Shown here piece after piece: positions 182,304 through 195,338 of a stretch of 248,000 nucleotides of DNA. Position numbers and translations under genes: made by a program. The DNA lies in NCBI GenBank assembly GCA_951406725.2, contig OX597817.1, positions 117,820,001 through 118,068,000 of the forward strand, given 5' to 3'. Numbering within the stretch: the stretch's first letter is position 1; the number at the start of each line of letters is the position of its first letter. This DNA comes from Octopus vulgaris. Taxonomy: Eukaryota. Under the pieces are notes generated by a model that saw only the letters and a list, made by a program, of their open reading frames with translations, was not told the origin of the DNA and did no database searches.

Positions 182304-185300
182304 CTACCTGAAGTCTCCTGAAAGAAGTAAAGTTAATCCTCCCATGGGGGCCGTAGAGTCTCTGATGTCTTGCAGGGACCTGTCCAGTGCCTCAAGGGCG
182401 CTTTTGTGTGCCATAGTGCACTCGTCCCATACGATGAGTTTGCATCTGCGCAGAATGTCGGCCTGTTCTGAGTTCTTGGCGATGTTGCAGATAGGTGACT
182501 CGGACTTTGCCAGATCGAGCGGGAGTCTGAAGGCAGAGTGGGCGGTTCTGCCACCCGGAAGCAACGTGGCCGCGATACCAGAGGAAGCTACAGCCAGGGC
182601 AATGTCCGTGTTGCGTCTGACCTCTGCCAGAATTAGTTTAGTGACGAAGGTTTTGCCAGTGCCGCCGGGTGCATCAAGGAAGAAAATCCCCCCACGTTGC
182701 TGTCTGACAGAGTCTACGATGGTGTTATAGGCTATGCGCTGGTCTGGAAGCAGCCGTGGTTCATTATCTTGGACGTACTGGTGCAGTTCCTCAATGCAGT
182801 AGGAAGTTTCGCGTAACAATTCAGCAGACATAACATTGGCGTGTTCACGTGTGGGTGGTGGAAGGCCGTACTCTGTTAAAGCAGACCCACCCATATCGAT
182901 GACAGCGTCTTCGAGTTGAATGAGCGCAAAATTGTAAAAATTGTAAAAATTGTAAAAGTTGGTGAACGTGATCTCGGCGGAAGGGCAGTGTTGCTGAGCC
183001 GTACGTAAGAAGTCGTGCGACATGTCATCCCTGTATTTCATCCAGAGACTTAGTGGATCACTAAGCTGACATTTTTGAAGAAGGATTGCGAAAAGATGTC
183101 GTAGGGCCGAATGCGTTTGCAGTAAAGCACCCTCTGCCATCGTGGCGTCCCACTGGGAGTCATCCTCTAGAAGGCCAAGTCTCATACATGCTTCCCTGAA
183201 GGTGTCGCACAGAACCCCATTGACGGTATGTATATTGGCGAAACCTGTTGGACCAGTGACCTCATGTAGAAGGAGACGGAGGTAGAAGCATTCTTGCTGG
183301 TTTGGCGGGATGTTGTAAACTCGATCCAGGCAGGAGTCAAACTTGACGCCTGGGAAGCTTTCGACGTTTTTGCCGGATTTCCGTCGAACCCAGGTGTTTT
183401 TAGACCACACGAAGTACGATGGGACCTGTGGGTACAAAAGCGTTCGAGCGAAGTCATCACGTTGGCATAATTTGAAGAAACCAGTCAACGTTGTGTCTTT
183501 AGGGCTGGTGGCTATCTGCACAGCACTTTGCTCTGTGAAGTAAATCCGCTGTCCATTTTCCAAGTGTACAGCAAGCTGCACCACAGCCGGGTGTCTCTGA
183601 TGGAGCGGGAAGCCGTAAATGCGCCAAAACGCTTCGTTGCTGCTGAGGTACCGGCCAGCCAAGTAGTTGGACACTTCGTCGCGACTGGTGGTCCTCTGGA
183701 TGCTGAACATGGCAGCATCGCTGCCTTTGTTGATATATTTGCAGACATATTGTATTGGCCTGATGGAGCTGCAGAACTCAACGTTGACGTGGGCTTTGAA
183801 TATCTTCGACAGGAGAGGACAGTAGGGGACAATGTAGCTGTTGTCCACTTGATGTCGCCCAACCGTAATCGTGCGGCCTCCATTGGCTGGACTCCTTCGT
183901 TTGTACAGCGGATACCCATCGCCGCCTGTTTGAGTCTCCAAAGTGAACCGTTTAGGGAATCCCTTTGAGCAGGCTAATCCGTTTTTGTAGCATGGTGTGT
184001 TGGCGTAATTTGGTCCACAGGGCCCGTGTACCATGGTAGTGCGGACAATTTCGTAGAGTCCGGGGTCCTCATCGGGGTCAGGAATCTCGGCGGAAATGAA
184101 TTTGTCAATGTCATTAGTCTCGATTTTATGAGTGAGCCAAATTAAGATGTGAGCATGTGGCAAGCCCCTCTTTTGCCACTCGACCGAAAACATGTGGCAC
184201 CTGACGTGCCCGAAAATCTGACCCTTAACTATCAAATCCTTCATTTTGCCCAAATTCAGACGGAAAACCCTAGCAACGATGTCGTGTCGATGGGTGTGAG
184301 ATTGACCCGGGAGGAGTTCGCGAGTGATTTCGTCGCAGCTGGGATTGCACGTGTAGGTGATAAAGAGGTCCGGCCGGCCGTAAATGCGCACGTAGGTCAA
184401 GGCGTCTTGGGTCCTTTCACGCATATATCGCGGTCCTCCCGTGAAGGTGGAGGGTAGAATGCATGGCTTGCCGATGTTGCGAGGGTCATTTTCTTGTTGC
184501 AAACCGTCACGGAGATGAATGTAGGAGTCGGAGCGAAGTTTGGTCTGATTAAGTTTAATGTATAGCAGCCTTTCCGATTCCATTTTTGCGGCCATGTCGA
184601 CGGCGAACTGGTTGAATAGCTGACGACAACGGGGCAATAAGTTGAACTCACCCTCCCTGACCATGAACCGGTATGAGTAGAACGCCCTGCAGGAAACCGT
184701 CTTTGATGCCGCAGTAGTTTGATTGGAGGGCTGCCGTAAAGGAATTCCGAAGTGGTAGCCGTCTTCCCCATAAGGGAAAAGCAATGGATACTGAAGCGCG
184801 TCATAAGATCTGTGAGTCTCGCTGATCCTGTGTAGGTTGTTACCACGGGAGGAGATGATTATGTCACGGCTGTTGTGTTGCTCTCCGTGTATAACTGCGG
184901 CAATTTCGTTGCACGCAGGTGCGTTGAAACGGCGTTCGTGCTCCCCGTGGGGTCGTTTATCAGCATCAATGACAACGGTGAAGTTTGGAGATGGAGCACT
185001 GTCCAAGGCATATCTGAAGCTGCAGACGTAGCTGTTGATATCATGAAGCATGGTTTGGAGACGGAGAAGAATGTCTTTGCGAGGAACATAGCTTGTACCC
185101 GGTATTATTCCAAGGCGTGCATCAACCTGGTGGTTGTAGTCGGCAATGAAGTATATTTGGAGGAAAGAAGACTGCTGAATCTCGTCTGGCAGAAGTGACC
185201 CAATAAGATGGTAGACCTGTCCCTGCACTTTGAAAGTAGGCATCCAGCCTTCTCTGGGAGGAATTTTGGCCCCGAAAGAGGTCATTTGGAATGAGCAGTT

Positions 185301-186272
185301 GTACTTTCGAATTATTTCAAGGAATTGTGACGAATCGGGGGTTAAACCCGCCGCGAGATCCTTCAGTGGTTGAGGTGGTTCCCGTAGGGGTGGCAGGTCC
185401 ACTTTGCCACCAGAGCAGCACAAACCAGGTGGCTCTCCGGCCCATTTCTTGGCTTTGCAAAACTGGCATACAATTGTCATTGACCCTATCTTGATGTCGT
185501 CACGCAAGGAGAAGTTAATTGTGGCGTCGTAGTTGAATGCTAGTGACAACCAGAAAGCGGGGGCAGGGGTACGTACACCACGAATGATATCCCGACGTTT
185601 GTTGATACTCTCAAGTCGAGTGCACCGTGCCTCAGCAGATTCAGATGCACGTGCGACAGCGGTAGCAGTGGCATCCCTTGAAAGCCTTTCAGCTCTCGCC
185701 TCAGCACCCTCTGAAGCCCTAGCAGAAGCAGTGTTAATGGCATGTCTGGATGTCCGAATAGTCCGTTGGTGTGGAGTTTCGGCAGATCGAGCCCTGGCTG
185801 TGTTTGCGGCGTTAGCAGCTTGGCGAGCTCTCCTCTGTTGAGGTGTTTCGGCAGCTTTGGCCATGGCTTTGTTTGCGGCGTCAGCATCTTGGCGAGTTCT
185901 CCTCTGCTGTGAGGTTTCGACAGATCGTGTCCTGGCAAAGCTAGTGGCGTTAGCCGCATTCCGAATGGCCCTTTGTTCGGGGTTCTCGCGAGCTCTGCGG
186001 ATGGACGCACAGTAAGAAGCCCGCATGTTTTCGCTGGACTGTTGCTCTTTCGTCAACCTCGAGCGGAGGGAAGATCTGTACGCTGCGACCCTTGCAAGTC
186101 GGGTAGAACGGTCGCTAGTAGTTTCAGATGCCTGAGCAGCGGCATAACGGGAAGCTGTTTGCGAGAGGCGCAAGGCGGTTTCCTCGTGGGTCTCGCGTGC
186201 CCTTCTAGCCCTATCAGCCGATGCCTTGGCCGTCCGAGGGCTGAGGAGGGTCCTTCTCTTCTTGGGTGGCAT
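182304..186272 (-). CDS. Helitron Rep-helicase, N-terminal ~1320 aa (probable start MPPKKRR)
   Basis: Zn motif CQFC...CCSGG, HUH motif VEWQKRGLPHAHILIW, YVCKYINKG, Walker A GGTGKT, Walker B VWDECTM. Ends at a premature TAG where Q is expected (GDFR*TLPVIP). Confidence 0.9.
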   Translation of the reverse strand: MPPKKRRTLLSPRTAKASADRARRARETHEETALRLSQTASRYAAAQASETTSDRSTRLARVAAYRSSLRSRLTKEQQSSENMRASYCASIRRARENPEQRAIRNAANATSFARTRSVETSQQRRTRQDADAANKAMAKAAETPQQRRARQAANAANTARARSAETPHQRTIRTSRHAINTASARASEGAEARAERLSRDATATAVARASESAEARCTRLESINKRRDIIRGVRTPAPAFWLSLAFNYDATINFSLRDDIKIGSMTIVCQFCKAKKWAGEPPGLCCSGGKVDLPPLREPPQPLKDLAAGLTPDSSQFLEIIRKYNCSFQMTSFGAKIPPREGWMPTFKVQGQVYHLIGSLLPDEIQQSSFLQIYFIADYNHQVDARLGIIPGTSYVPRKDILLRLQTMLHDINSYVCSFRYALDSAPSPNFTVVIDADKRPHGEHERRFNAPACNEIAAVIHGEQHNSRDIIISSRGNNLHRISETHRSYDALQYPLLFPYGEDGYHFGIPLRQPSNQTTAASKTVSCRAFYSYRFMVREGEFNLLPRCRQLFNQFAVDMAAKMESERLLYIKLNQTKLRSDSYIHLRDGLQQENDPRNIGKPCILPSTFTGGPRYMRERTQDALTYVRIYGRPDLFITYTCNPSCDEITRELLPGQSHTHRHDIVARVFRLNLGKMKDLIVKGQIFGHVRCHMFSVEWQKRGLPHAHILIWLTHKIETNDIDKFISAEIPDPDEDPGLYEIVRTTMVHGPCGPNYANTPCYKNGLACSKGFPKRFTLETQTGGDGYPLYKRRSPANGGRTITVGRHQVDNSYIVPYCPLLSKIFKAHVNVEFCSSIRPIQYVCKYINKGSDAAMFSIQRTTSRDEVSNYLAGRYLSSNEAFWRIYGFPLHQRHPAVVQLAVHLENGQRIYFTEQSAVQIATSPKDTTLTGFFKLCQRDDFARTLLYPQVPSYFVWSKNTWVRRKSGKNVESFPGVKFDSCLDRVYNIPPNQQECFYLRLLLHEVTGPTGFANIHTVNGVLCDTFREACMRLGLLEDDSQWDATMAEGALLQTHSALRHLFAILLQKCQLSDPLSLWMKYRDDMSHDFLRTAQQHCPSAEITFTNFYNFYNFYNFALIQLEDAVIDMGGSALTEYGLPPPTREHANVMSAELLRETSYCIEELHQYVQDNEPRLLPDQRIAYNTIVDSVRQQRGGIFFLDAPGGTGKTFVTKLILAEVRRNTDIALAVASSGIAATLLPGGRTAHSAFRLPLDLAKSESPICNIAKNSEQADILRRCKLIVWDECTMAHKSALEALDRSLQDIRDSTAPMGGLTLLLSGDFR

Positions 186273-187416
186273 TTTGGTGGATAGCAATGTGTTTGGCAAA
186301 GGTGTAATAAAAAGGAACACGTGGGGTAAGTATTTTGGTGGATAGCAATGTGTTTGGTAAAGGTGTAATAAAAAGGAGCTCGTGGGGTAAGTATCCGAAA
186401 ATGTATAAAAATGTACAAAAACGGCCAAAAAGCTGGCAGCAATGTGAGTGACAACAACGAAAAAGTCAAAAGTGATCAAACTGAACAAACGAAAGGAAAA
186501 GTTTTTTGATGCACACGACAAAAGTGGTTTATAATAAACCAAGAGTTTGCAAGTAGCGTCCGAGGACCGTTAGGGTACGTCAAAAATTGAAGGTAAAACG
186601 TTTGGGGTGGTAGTTATAAAGAAAGTTTAAACCAAAAAAGTATTCGAATAACTTGCGGCTGCAGCAGCTATTAGCAGAAGTGGCGGTGTTGGGGGTAAAG
186701 TCTCGAATGTAATTTCTTCCTGGTAGGAATTGGTTGGATCGAATTATCGATAGCTAAAAAGGTCAAGTTGCGTCCCCTAGACAGTCTGGTTTGTGTTTAA
186801 TACACAAATTTGTTTGCTATGTGTGCCACATATGATTAAATTAACCGATTTTTTCCAATAATGTATCCTATTGGAATAAAAAGGGCTATATAGCTCCTTG
186901 GAGCAGACATGATGCTCGTTGTGAAAAAAAAAAAAGATTCCTGCCAATTTGTGAAAGATATTGTCGAAAATATGTCATCTTGAATTTGAACGCGATTTCT
187001 CAAAATTGCATGATTTTATCGATTGTTTCTGATGGTAAGGTATTGCATGGAAAACTAACGTCAGAATTGAGTTTCTTAGGGTAACATTAAGCTTCACCAT
187101 GAGTTTGGTGAAAATGATTGCAAGTTGTGAAAACTACCATAGATAATGCGTTGCATAAAAAAAGCTTAGATTCTCGAGTTGCGTCCCCTAGACAATCTGT
187201 GGTTCATGTTTATGATTCTCGACCCCATGTCGAATTTATCAATTTTTTCAGAACTGGGGGAACTTTTCAAAATTTTCGCTGCGTTAGTTTTGAATTATGA
187301 CATTGGGCTATGTGTGTGTCAAGTTTCATCAGAATCGGTTGAAAGCCGTGGTCAGGGTGAGGGTACGAGAAAACAGACACACAGAAGCACGCACAGACAA
187401 CCTGCCGTTTATATAT

Positions 187417-187467
<51 letters not shown>

Positions 187468-187470
<3 letters not shown>

Positions 187471-189213
187471 TAGAATTATGACCCGTCGTTGCCGGGTCAT
187501 AGTGCTACTGCATGTATATATGTGTATATATATGTGTACATATCACATCTACATCTATATATATACATCTACACATGAAATAGAAAATACAAAGTTATAT
187601 CTTGATATCGCTAGTGATAACAATACTCAAAATATATAACAGACCGGAATTGTATGCCCGTCTCTTGCAATTTCGATCAATTGTATATTGTCCTCCCACT
187701 TGTATAGAAGTGTGGCTACAATCCAGCCTACCTCTACTTCTGGGGGGACATTTTAAATTTTTATCCGGGACGTCCTACGTCCCAGATATAAAGGTAAAGA
187801 TAAAATATTTCCACTTTGCAAGATTCGAGTCAAGTACTCCCTTGCACGCTCCTTTGACTCGAACCTTGCTTATATTGTGGCGAATTTACCGTCTCTGGTT
187901 AGATAGGTTTCATAGTCGCACCAAGACACTTTTTGATGGTGCTTTCCTCCAGGTGTTCAAATCTTAGTTTCTCTACATTTTATACGTCATAGACAATAGT
188001 CTTTTCTTTAATTTAATTTTTTTATTTCGTTTGTTAGTGTTATCCGAGATTCACCGTCTTTGTCGGTGATCAATACGAAATAGGTTTGTATTTTTCCATT
188101 TTAAATTTTAATGAATTCGCCCCCGCCGACGGCTGCAGCGAAATTCAGTTTTGGACTTTCTTCTATCAAAGTCATTCTAACAAAAATGCCTCCGTATAAA
188201 CGGTGAAAATATTGTCAATTTCCCCAAACAGGGACACAATTCCATTTTTAAACAATAACCAAAGCTCCTTCTCCCAAAGGGGGGAGGGTTACAGTTTACA
188301 TTTATTTAACAAATGGAACACAACAACGTTTCCTTTACGAAGAACCAACAAACGTGATAACAATAGTTAAATAGTAATAATAATAACAACAAACCTTACG
188401 GTGAATCAAAAAGCAGTACGCAGTTGAAGCGATAGTCCTTTATGTATAAGAAATAAACCAACAGCAGTACTCAGTAGAAGCGGCTGTTCCAGAAAACAGA
188501 CATTACATACAGCCAAACTTCATATAGATACTTAATGCTAGCTAATTAGCAGATAATCTAATGTAAAAGCCGTAGTAAACGGTATGCGCACAGCTCCATC
188601 TGGACTATTCCATTTCTACACGCTAAGTTTATTTTTAATTTATTCCCATTCATGTGAAGCCACTTATTCAAGTTCAAGTTATTGATGCAATTTTATACCA
188701 TTGCTATTTTTACTTTTGATATGTTACGATTATATTATACTTTAGTTTGATTTTAATTATTAATAACTACATATAATTCAATTGTTATTATTATCTCTAA
188801 TTTTTATTGTTAAAGTGAAAGTATCTGACATAAAATAGAGAAATGCTTTTGTTTCACTTTTAACACGTAATACTGAAATAGGGGAGATGATATGATATCG
188901 CCATGGGCTCGCCCTAGGCAAGAAGTTGAACATTCTTTTTGCCCATGAAACTACATGGACCCAAAGTAAGGCATGTGTAAAATTTGAATGAAATTGGTTG
189001 TGTAGTTCTCAAGTTTTAGGGAATCGTAGTGGAGAAGATATGATATTGCTGTGGGCTCGCTCTAGGCAAAAAGTTTAAAATGTTTTTGCCGATGACCCTC
189101 CCCGGACCCTAAGTAAGATATGTGTCAACTTTGAATGAAATTGGTTGTGTAGTTCTCAAGTTTTAGGGAAACACACAAACAGACAGACACACACACATAG
189201 TTTTATATAGATA
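187468..189213 (-). mobile_element. Second non-autonomous Helitron-like element (~1.7 kb) abutting the autonomous copy
   Basis: The left end ctagaattatgacccgtcgttgccgggtc is CTAG plus hairpin. The right end cacacatagttttatatagataga resembles the family 5' end. Confidence 0.55.
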
Positions 189214-189489
189214 GATAACGACCGGTTTCTCTCAGTTGTCGTCTATCAAATCTACTCACAAGGTAATATAAAGATTCTTTCAATTTCGATGTACCAAGTT
189301 CAGTGACAAAGGCTTTTGGTCGCCCGGGGCTGTAAAAGAAGACACTACCCCGAGTTTCCACGAAATGAGACTGAAACGAGAATTATGTATTTGGGAAACA
189401 AACTACTTGCGACACAGTCATATTGATATATGTTACAAATATGGACGCATCTAAGTGCATTGAAAAGTAATGAAAGACAATTGATTTTC

Positions 189490-189525
<36 letters not shown>

Positions 189526-189526
189526 G

Positions 189527-189572
<46 letters not shown>

Positions 189573-190884
189573 AAATTTTAGCTTTTATCTTTTAAGGAGA
189601 TAGCATTGGTATCTATAACTACCTACTATCACCCCAAAAATGCGTTTAAAATTTCGTGTGCATTGTAACGTTTTTAGAGACATTGAAAAATTGGTGTGTA
189701 AAATAATGGTATATCTTTCAACCGATATAACATTCTTGCGTTTACTAGTCTGTGTATGAAGGACAGTGTTTATTTCCATTTTTGTAACCAACTAGACAAA
189801 CATTTTCAGATGGATATTGCAAATCTATTGAAGTGGATATTTGTTTATATGGCAACCACTTAAATCGAAAACGACTGGTGTCTTATAAATATAAATAGAC
189901 ATACTTACTCTGAGCATTTCTACCAATTTTAAATTGATAAACTCACATTAGTGACACATCCTCCTGCTGATTCAAGAAATATAAGGTCATTTTTCTAGTG
190001 TCTGGCCTTAAATAATCTGTGAATGAGTAAATCTCCATGTAATATGTTTTAACTATGTCGACCCAAAATTTTTCTTCGTTTGTTTTCGTAACAAATCAGC
190101 AGTAGATTTTTAAAATCATGAGATATAGATAAGTTAAAAGAGAATATCCTATCTCCAAAATATCAATCGATGCAACCGAATGTTTGTTATTATCAATGAC
190201 GCTTTCGCTCTGGCAATTCTTATACCGACACTAATCCAAATGAGCGAGTCATAGCCAATGGGCAAAATACATTTGGGTCATTCTTTTTTCTGTCAACTTT
190301 CCAACACACTCCTTTGAGACCTTGCTGTTCTTAATAAGGCTGTTTTCTACTGCAGTTCCGTTCTGATTGTAATTCATATCATCTCAACCCATGCATTCGA
190401 CCTTTTTTTAACTGCTCACAGTGTGCCAACCACACTCGGTACCATTTCTGCTTTCCTGATTCTCCATATCTTCTCTATTATTGTTGTTGTTGCTGTTCTT
190501 CTTGTTATAGAACCAAAGCTCAAGTTTGGTCTTATTCCTGGTAGGATTTATTTGTAGCGGGATACTACCTATAACATTTTGTATCCACATGTTTTCAGGA
190601 ATCTTTGAAGTACTTAGAACGCTCCTGATAATTCTTGTTGTCCTTAAGATGTAAATCATCTGTTGGAAGTTTACCGGACATTCTGTTTTAATCTCCCTCA
190701 GCCATTCGTCTATATCTTGCCTTACTGTTCTGAACGCACGATCTTTACTGTTCGCTTACTCCAAGCACTTCCTATTTCAAGTGTTATAGGTTTGTATTTT
190801 CTTTGCTTTTCTTCCTCTTTCTTACGATCCTGGGTTTCTTCTTTTTTCTTTTATTATTATTGTTGTTGTTGTTGTTGTTATTAA

Positions 190885-190939
<55 letters not shown>

Positions 190940-190974
190940 GTTGTTATTATTATTATTATTATTATCTTTTTACC

Positions 190975-192100
190975 ACAGGTTATTTTTGAGCTCCTGGAGA
191001 CTTGCATGCGTAGATAGCTTACTACCGGCAGCCTACGGTACCATGTTATTCGTTCTGCTATCTAATACTCTCCTCATCATTCTGGCCCTGCCAAGGAGGC
191101 AAACCTTTTGTAACAGTTCTTCTGGGCACTCTATTTCAATTTCCTTTATATTCCCTTTGATGCCTTCTGATACTGTTCCCAAGAACAATAATTGACATTA
191201 TCTTCACCTTTTTCATTTTCCATAGCCGGGCTATTTCGTTATATTTATCTATATTTTCGCCTTCCTTCTAGACTATTCGTGTATCTAAGAGGTATGCAAC
191301 ATCAACTATACAGTATATATCGTGCACCTTGTCCCCCACCACTTGGTGTGGTCTGTTATGCTCTAGTATCTGATCTGTTTGGATTGGGAAATCCCAGAAG
191401 ATTTTGCTAGTCTTCGACTCTGCCACTCTCTGTGGTTTGGCTCATACCACGTCTTGCCTCTCTCTATCCTCCACTTTTCGCAGTTTCCAATGTAGCACTT
191501 TCGCCACCTGGTTCTATGGCCAGGAGGACCCGTGAGTATTTCACGGAATTAATGGTAAACGTATTGGGTTTTCCTGAAAATATAATCCAAAATACCTGAA
191601 AGGATATTTACACTATTTACATTATTTACATTTGACCGTACATGTTTTTCCATCCATGCTTTTCCTGTTTTTGTGTTCATTTTTTGATTAAATCTTTCTT
191701 TCATAACACAATTTACAGTTTTGATGATGCCGGCCCTCCTCGTATGTTTTAACAATAGCTCCACGGCATTTTTTATACAACCGTATGTTGTTTTCTCCTG
191801 ATTCACTACAGTCCGGGTAACTGATTAAACGTCTCCCACCCACAGACTTTCGTCTGGGCAAGTACATCCTATCGCTGTCACTGTCAGGGTGGAAGGCTCT
191901 TTCTGGACTTGGTGTCCATTTTCATCACTTCTCTCTTTCGCCATTTTATAATTCCCGCTCCATTCCAAACTGATGCTATCGCCCGCGTACCAACTGCTTG
192001 GATTTTATTCCATCCAGTCAATTTTGAGCTCAGCACCACCCTCAGTCTTCGGAAATACTCCATCCTCACTTGGTCTTTCATTTCCCACTGCCTTATCTCA
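190975..192100 (-). mobile_element. Degenerate R4/Dong-like LINE 3' part
   Basis: EYFRRLRVVLSSKLTGWNKIQAV, and LQKVCLLGRARMMRRVL-like tail near 191060-191130. Confidence 0.65.
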
Positions 192101-192104
192101 TTTA

Positions 192105-192535
192105 GTAAGTTAGTTAGTTAGTTAATTGTTGGCTCAAAAGCAAATAGCAAGGCCATGTACGGGGACAATGAGTTAAGTACAGGGTGGTGTTCATGTAAAG
192201 AGTTCAGGCCACTTGAGGTCAAGGGAGACTTTTAACAAAGCGGTCGTCGGCATCTTCACCATCTCGTCTGGCAGCTTGTTCCATGGATCCGCAACCCGGA
192301 CGGAGAAAGCTCCTCTCCTTCGATTGAGATGAAATCGTCACAGGTAGAACTTTTCGGAATGACTCCGCAGCCGACGCACTGGAGAAGGAGTGAAGAGCAC
192401 CTCTTTCGAGAGGTTACACTTTCCACTTATGATGTTGTGAGCGAGAATGAGATCACCATGGCGGCGGCGTTTTTCTAGAGAATAAAGGTCGAGCGTCCTA
192501 AGCCTTTCTTCATAAGACAATTTTTTGAGACCATC
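192105..192535 (-). mobile_element. CR1-group LINE 3' end (family of 128945-130060)
   Basis: SYEERLRTLDLYSLEKRRRHGDLILAHNII; (AACT)n tail. Confidence 0.88.
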
Positions 192536-192539
192536 TTGT

Positions 192540-193629
192540 TTATTTTTATGTTTTCCTTATTTATTATTAGTGTTGCTTAATATCTTTTGATAAAAGTACT
192601 GTTTCTTTTCAGATGTCAACAGATAAAGATAATTAAATTTCATTAAAATGACAGATCTATTGGACTTTCAAAGAGGACAAATTGCCAAGAAATGCATGGC
192701 ACGCGCTAGCGTAACGAAAATAGCCGAAATACTTAGTCCATCGCTAGGTACTGTCTCGAAAGTAATGACAAGCTTGCTTTGGGAAAGTGGGAAAAACCTC
192801 CTCGTTGAAACAAAACTCCGGAAGGATACCAAAACTTTCAGAGAGAGACGCTTGGACTCTTATGCGAATTGTCAGAAAGGACTACAAATATACAGCTCCC
192901 AAAATTACTGCAGAGCTTAATGATCACCTCAAGAACTCAGTTTCCACAAAAACTATTCGCCGGGATCTGTACAAAGCCGAATTTCAATCAGAAAACCATT
193001 ACCTTCAAAAAACAAACTTTGCAAAGCGTTTTGAGTGGAGTAAAAACCTACAGAATTGGTCCCTTGATCAGTGGAAGAATGATATATTCTCGGAATAGTC
193101 ATTCTTTACCATATCTCCGACCATCGGCCGAGTATACGTGTGGAGACAGCCAAAAGAAGCATTTCACCCAGACTGCCTTCGTCCAACTGTTAAACATGGA
193201 GGATCTGTGATGATCTGGTGTAGGGGGGATATATCTTGAAAATCTGCTGGCCCAATGGTTTTGCTTCATGAGAGATTTAATAGTCAAGGCTATTTAAGCA
193301 TTTTGTCTTATCAAATTCATCCTGTTTCCGGGCGGAAACAATCTTTCAGGATGATAATGCTCCAATTACACATCACACAGCTAAAGTTGTTATTGAATGG
193401 CACGAGGAACATTCTAGGTAAGTTGAACAGGTTATCTGGCTACCACAGTCCTCAGACTGCTTTAGCTGAAGAATGGACAAAACTTTCTTTGGAAACAACT
193501 CGAACTTTATACGAGTCCATACCTCGTAGAATACAAGCTGTAGTTACTGCCAAATGCATTCCTATCCGAAATTAAAATAATTTTGTTTGAAATTTTAAGC
193601 TGTTTCCATTATTTGTTCCAACCCCTGTA
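192540..193629 (+). mobile_element. Tc1-like element, degenerate, left end lost
   Basis: MTDLLDFQRGQI start, SGRIPKLSERD, TVKHGGSVMIW; right TIR tttccattatttgttccaacccctgta. Confidence 0.8.
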
Positions 193630-193984
193630 TGTATAGAAATAATCAGTATATGACTTAACTTATTCCATAAAGTTTGATAAATTCATTCAAATTTAGAGAA
193701 TGAAGCAGATTCAATGTCAAAATGGAATTTAGTCTTTGTCTTCATATTCCTCTGCAATTGTTTCTTACAAATAGACCAAGATATTCATAGATAGAACATC
193801 GGAGTGAGCAAACTTGCATTCTTCTGTAGGTAATATTTAAAGGAAAATAACAAGATGTTTAAAATATATATAGATTGTTTTTTCTTAGTTATAGTTTAAG
193901 AGGATTTATATATTCATTATTTCAGTCACGTTTATTTTAATCTAGACTAAAATATAATAGGAATTGGGTGCTAATATATCTATG

Positions 193985-194038
<54 letters not shown>

Positions 194039-195278
194039 TACACACACATATATATATATATGTATGTATGCATGTATGTATTTAAAACTCCTTATAACAC
194101 TTTTTACTGTTCAAGCTGTATTTGTATGTACGTTCGGAATTACCAAATAAGGAACTATATGTTATTTCAAATTCATATTTAATATTTGTTAACTGTCATC
194201 TCTCATAGTTTACGAACACGTATACATGTCTGCATCAGTCTGTAACTAGATAATCTATGTATATACACAATGTTTGAAAGTATAGGAAGTTTAATCAGTA
194301 TTTCAGGAAGAAACAACCATAGCCATCCAATACTGCAGAATTTTAAATTTCTATAAAATTATTTTAGAATTGGATCATTTATTATCGACCTTTTCTGCTC
194401 ATACACCAATGATTTGCACTAACTCTAGTTTATACATAAATGATCGGGAATGATATTGCATTTCTTCGAAATATTTGTTCTCATTACTTTTCGACAATTG
194501 AATGCTAAGGAAATGTCAAGACCTTACTTTTATATGTTTCTACTAGAGTACGTCAGTTTGAGAAACTGCTTGAACGTTTCGTGTTGTCTCAGATTTTCTG
194601 AAGCAGTCATAGGTTATGATTACTACGAAATTCTTTGTGAAGTTAATATCGATTTCTATAATATTGAGAAGAAAAATTATATATGCAATTCCGAAGATTG
194701 GGGCTGATTGCGCGAACAGATGAAACAATAAACTTACACATAAGAAAAGCTAAGAGACTTATATAGATTCTTTGCTTCTAATTGCAACTTTACACCGTAA
194801 TCGCAAATGTCATTATTTTATTGTTTCTTGTCAGTGATTTTGAAGCCCGGATATTTCTAAATGAAGAAGCCTACATAAAATTATATGAAAATCATTTCTT
194901 CTGTAAAATTCTTGTACTATTTGGTCAATACTTCATAGTAAAGAAATGTCAATATTCCTTCCTGTTCTTACCTTGTATTGTTTAGCTTAATTCATTAAAT
195001 TTTAATTTGATGCTGCCTATCAAAAGAATCACGAACGGTATTACATATGCATACGGGTATAAAACAACCACCAACTCAAAATGATACTATTTTTCATATG
195101 AAAAGTTTTAAGCGTTAACTGACATCCATTTGAATTCTGAGAAAAGGATGTATATAAAATGGTCTTATTGATAATAGGAAAGCTAGACAAATCAATAATA
195201 TTATCGACAACCATCAACAGCTCAATAGTGATGAAGACGATGACGACGCCGACGACGCCGCCGACGACGACGATGATA

Positions 195279-195338
<60 letters not shown>

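Noticed and set aside
182333-186469. Numerous short ORFs overlapping the Helitron on both strands
   Set aside because: Shadow ORFs of a GC-richer coding region, with no independent motifs.
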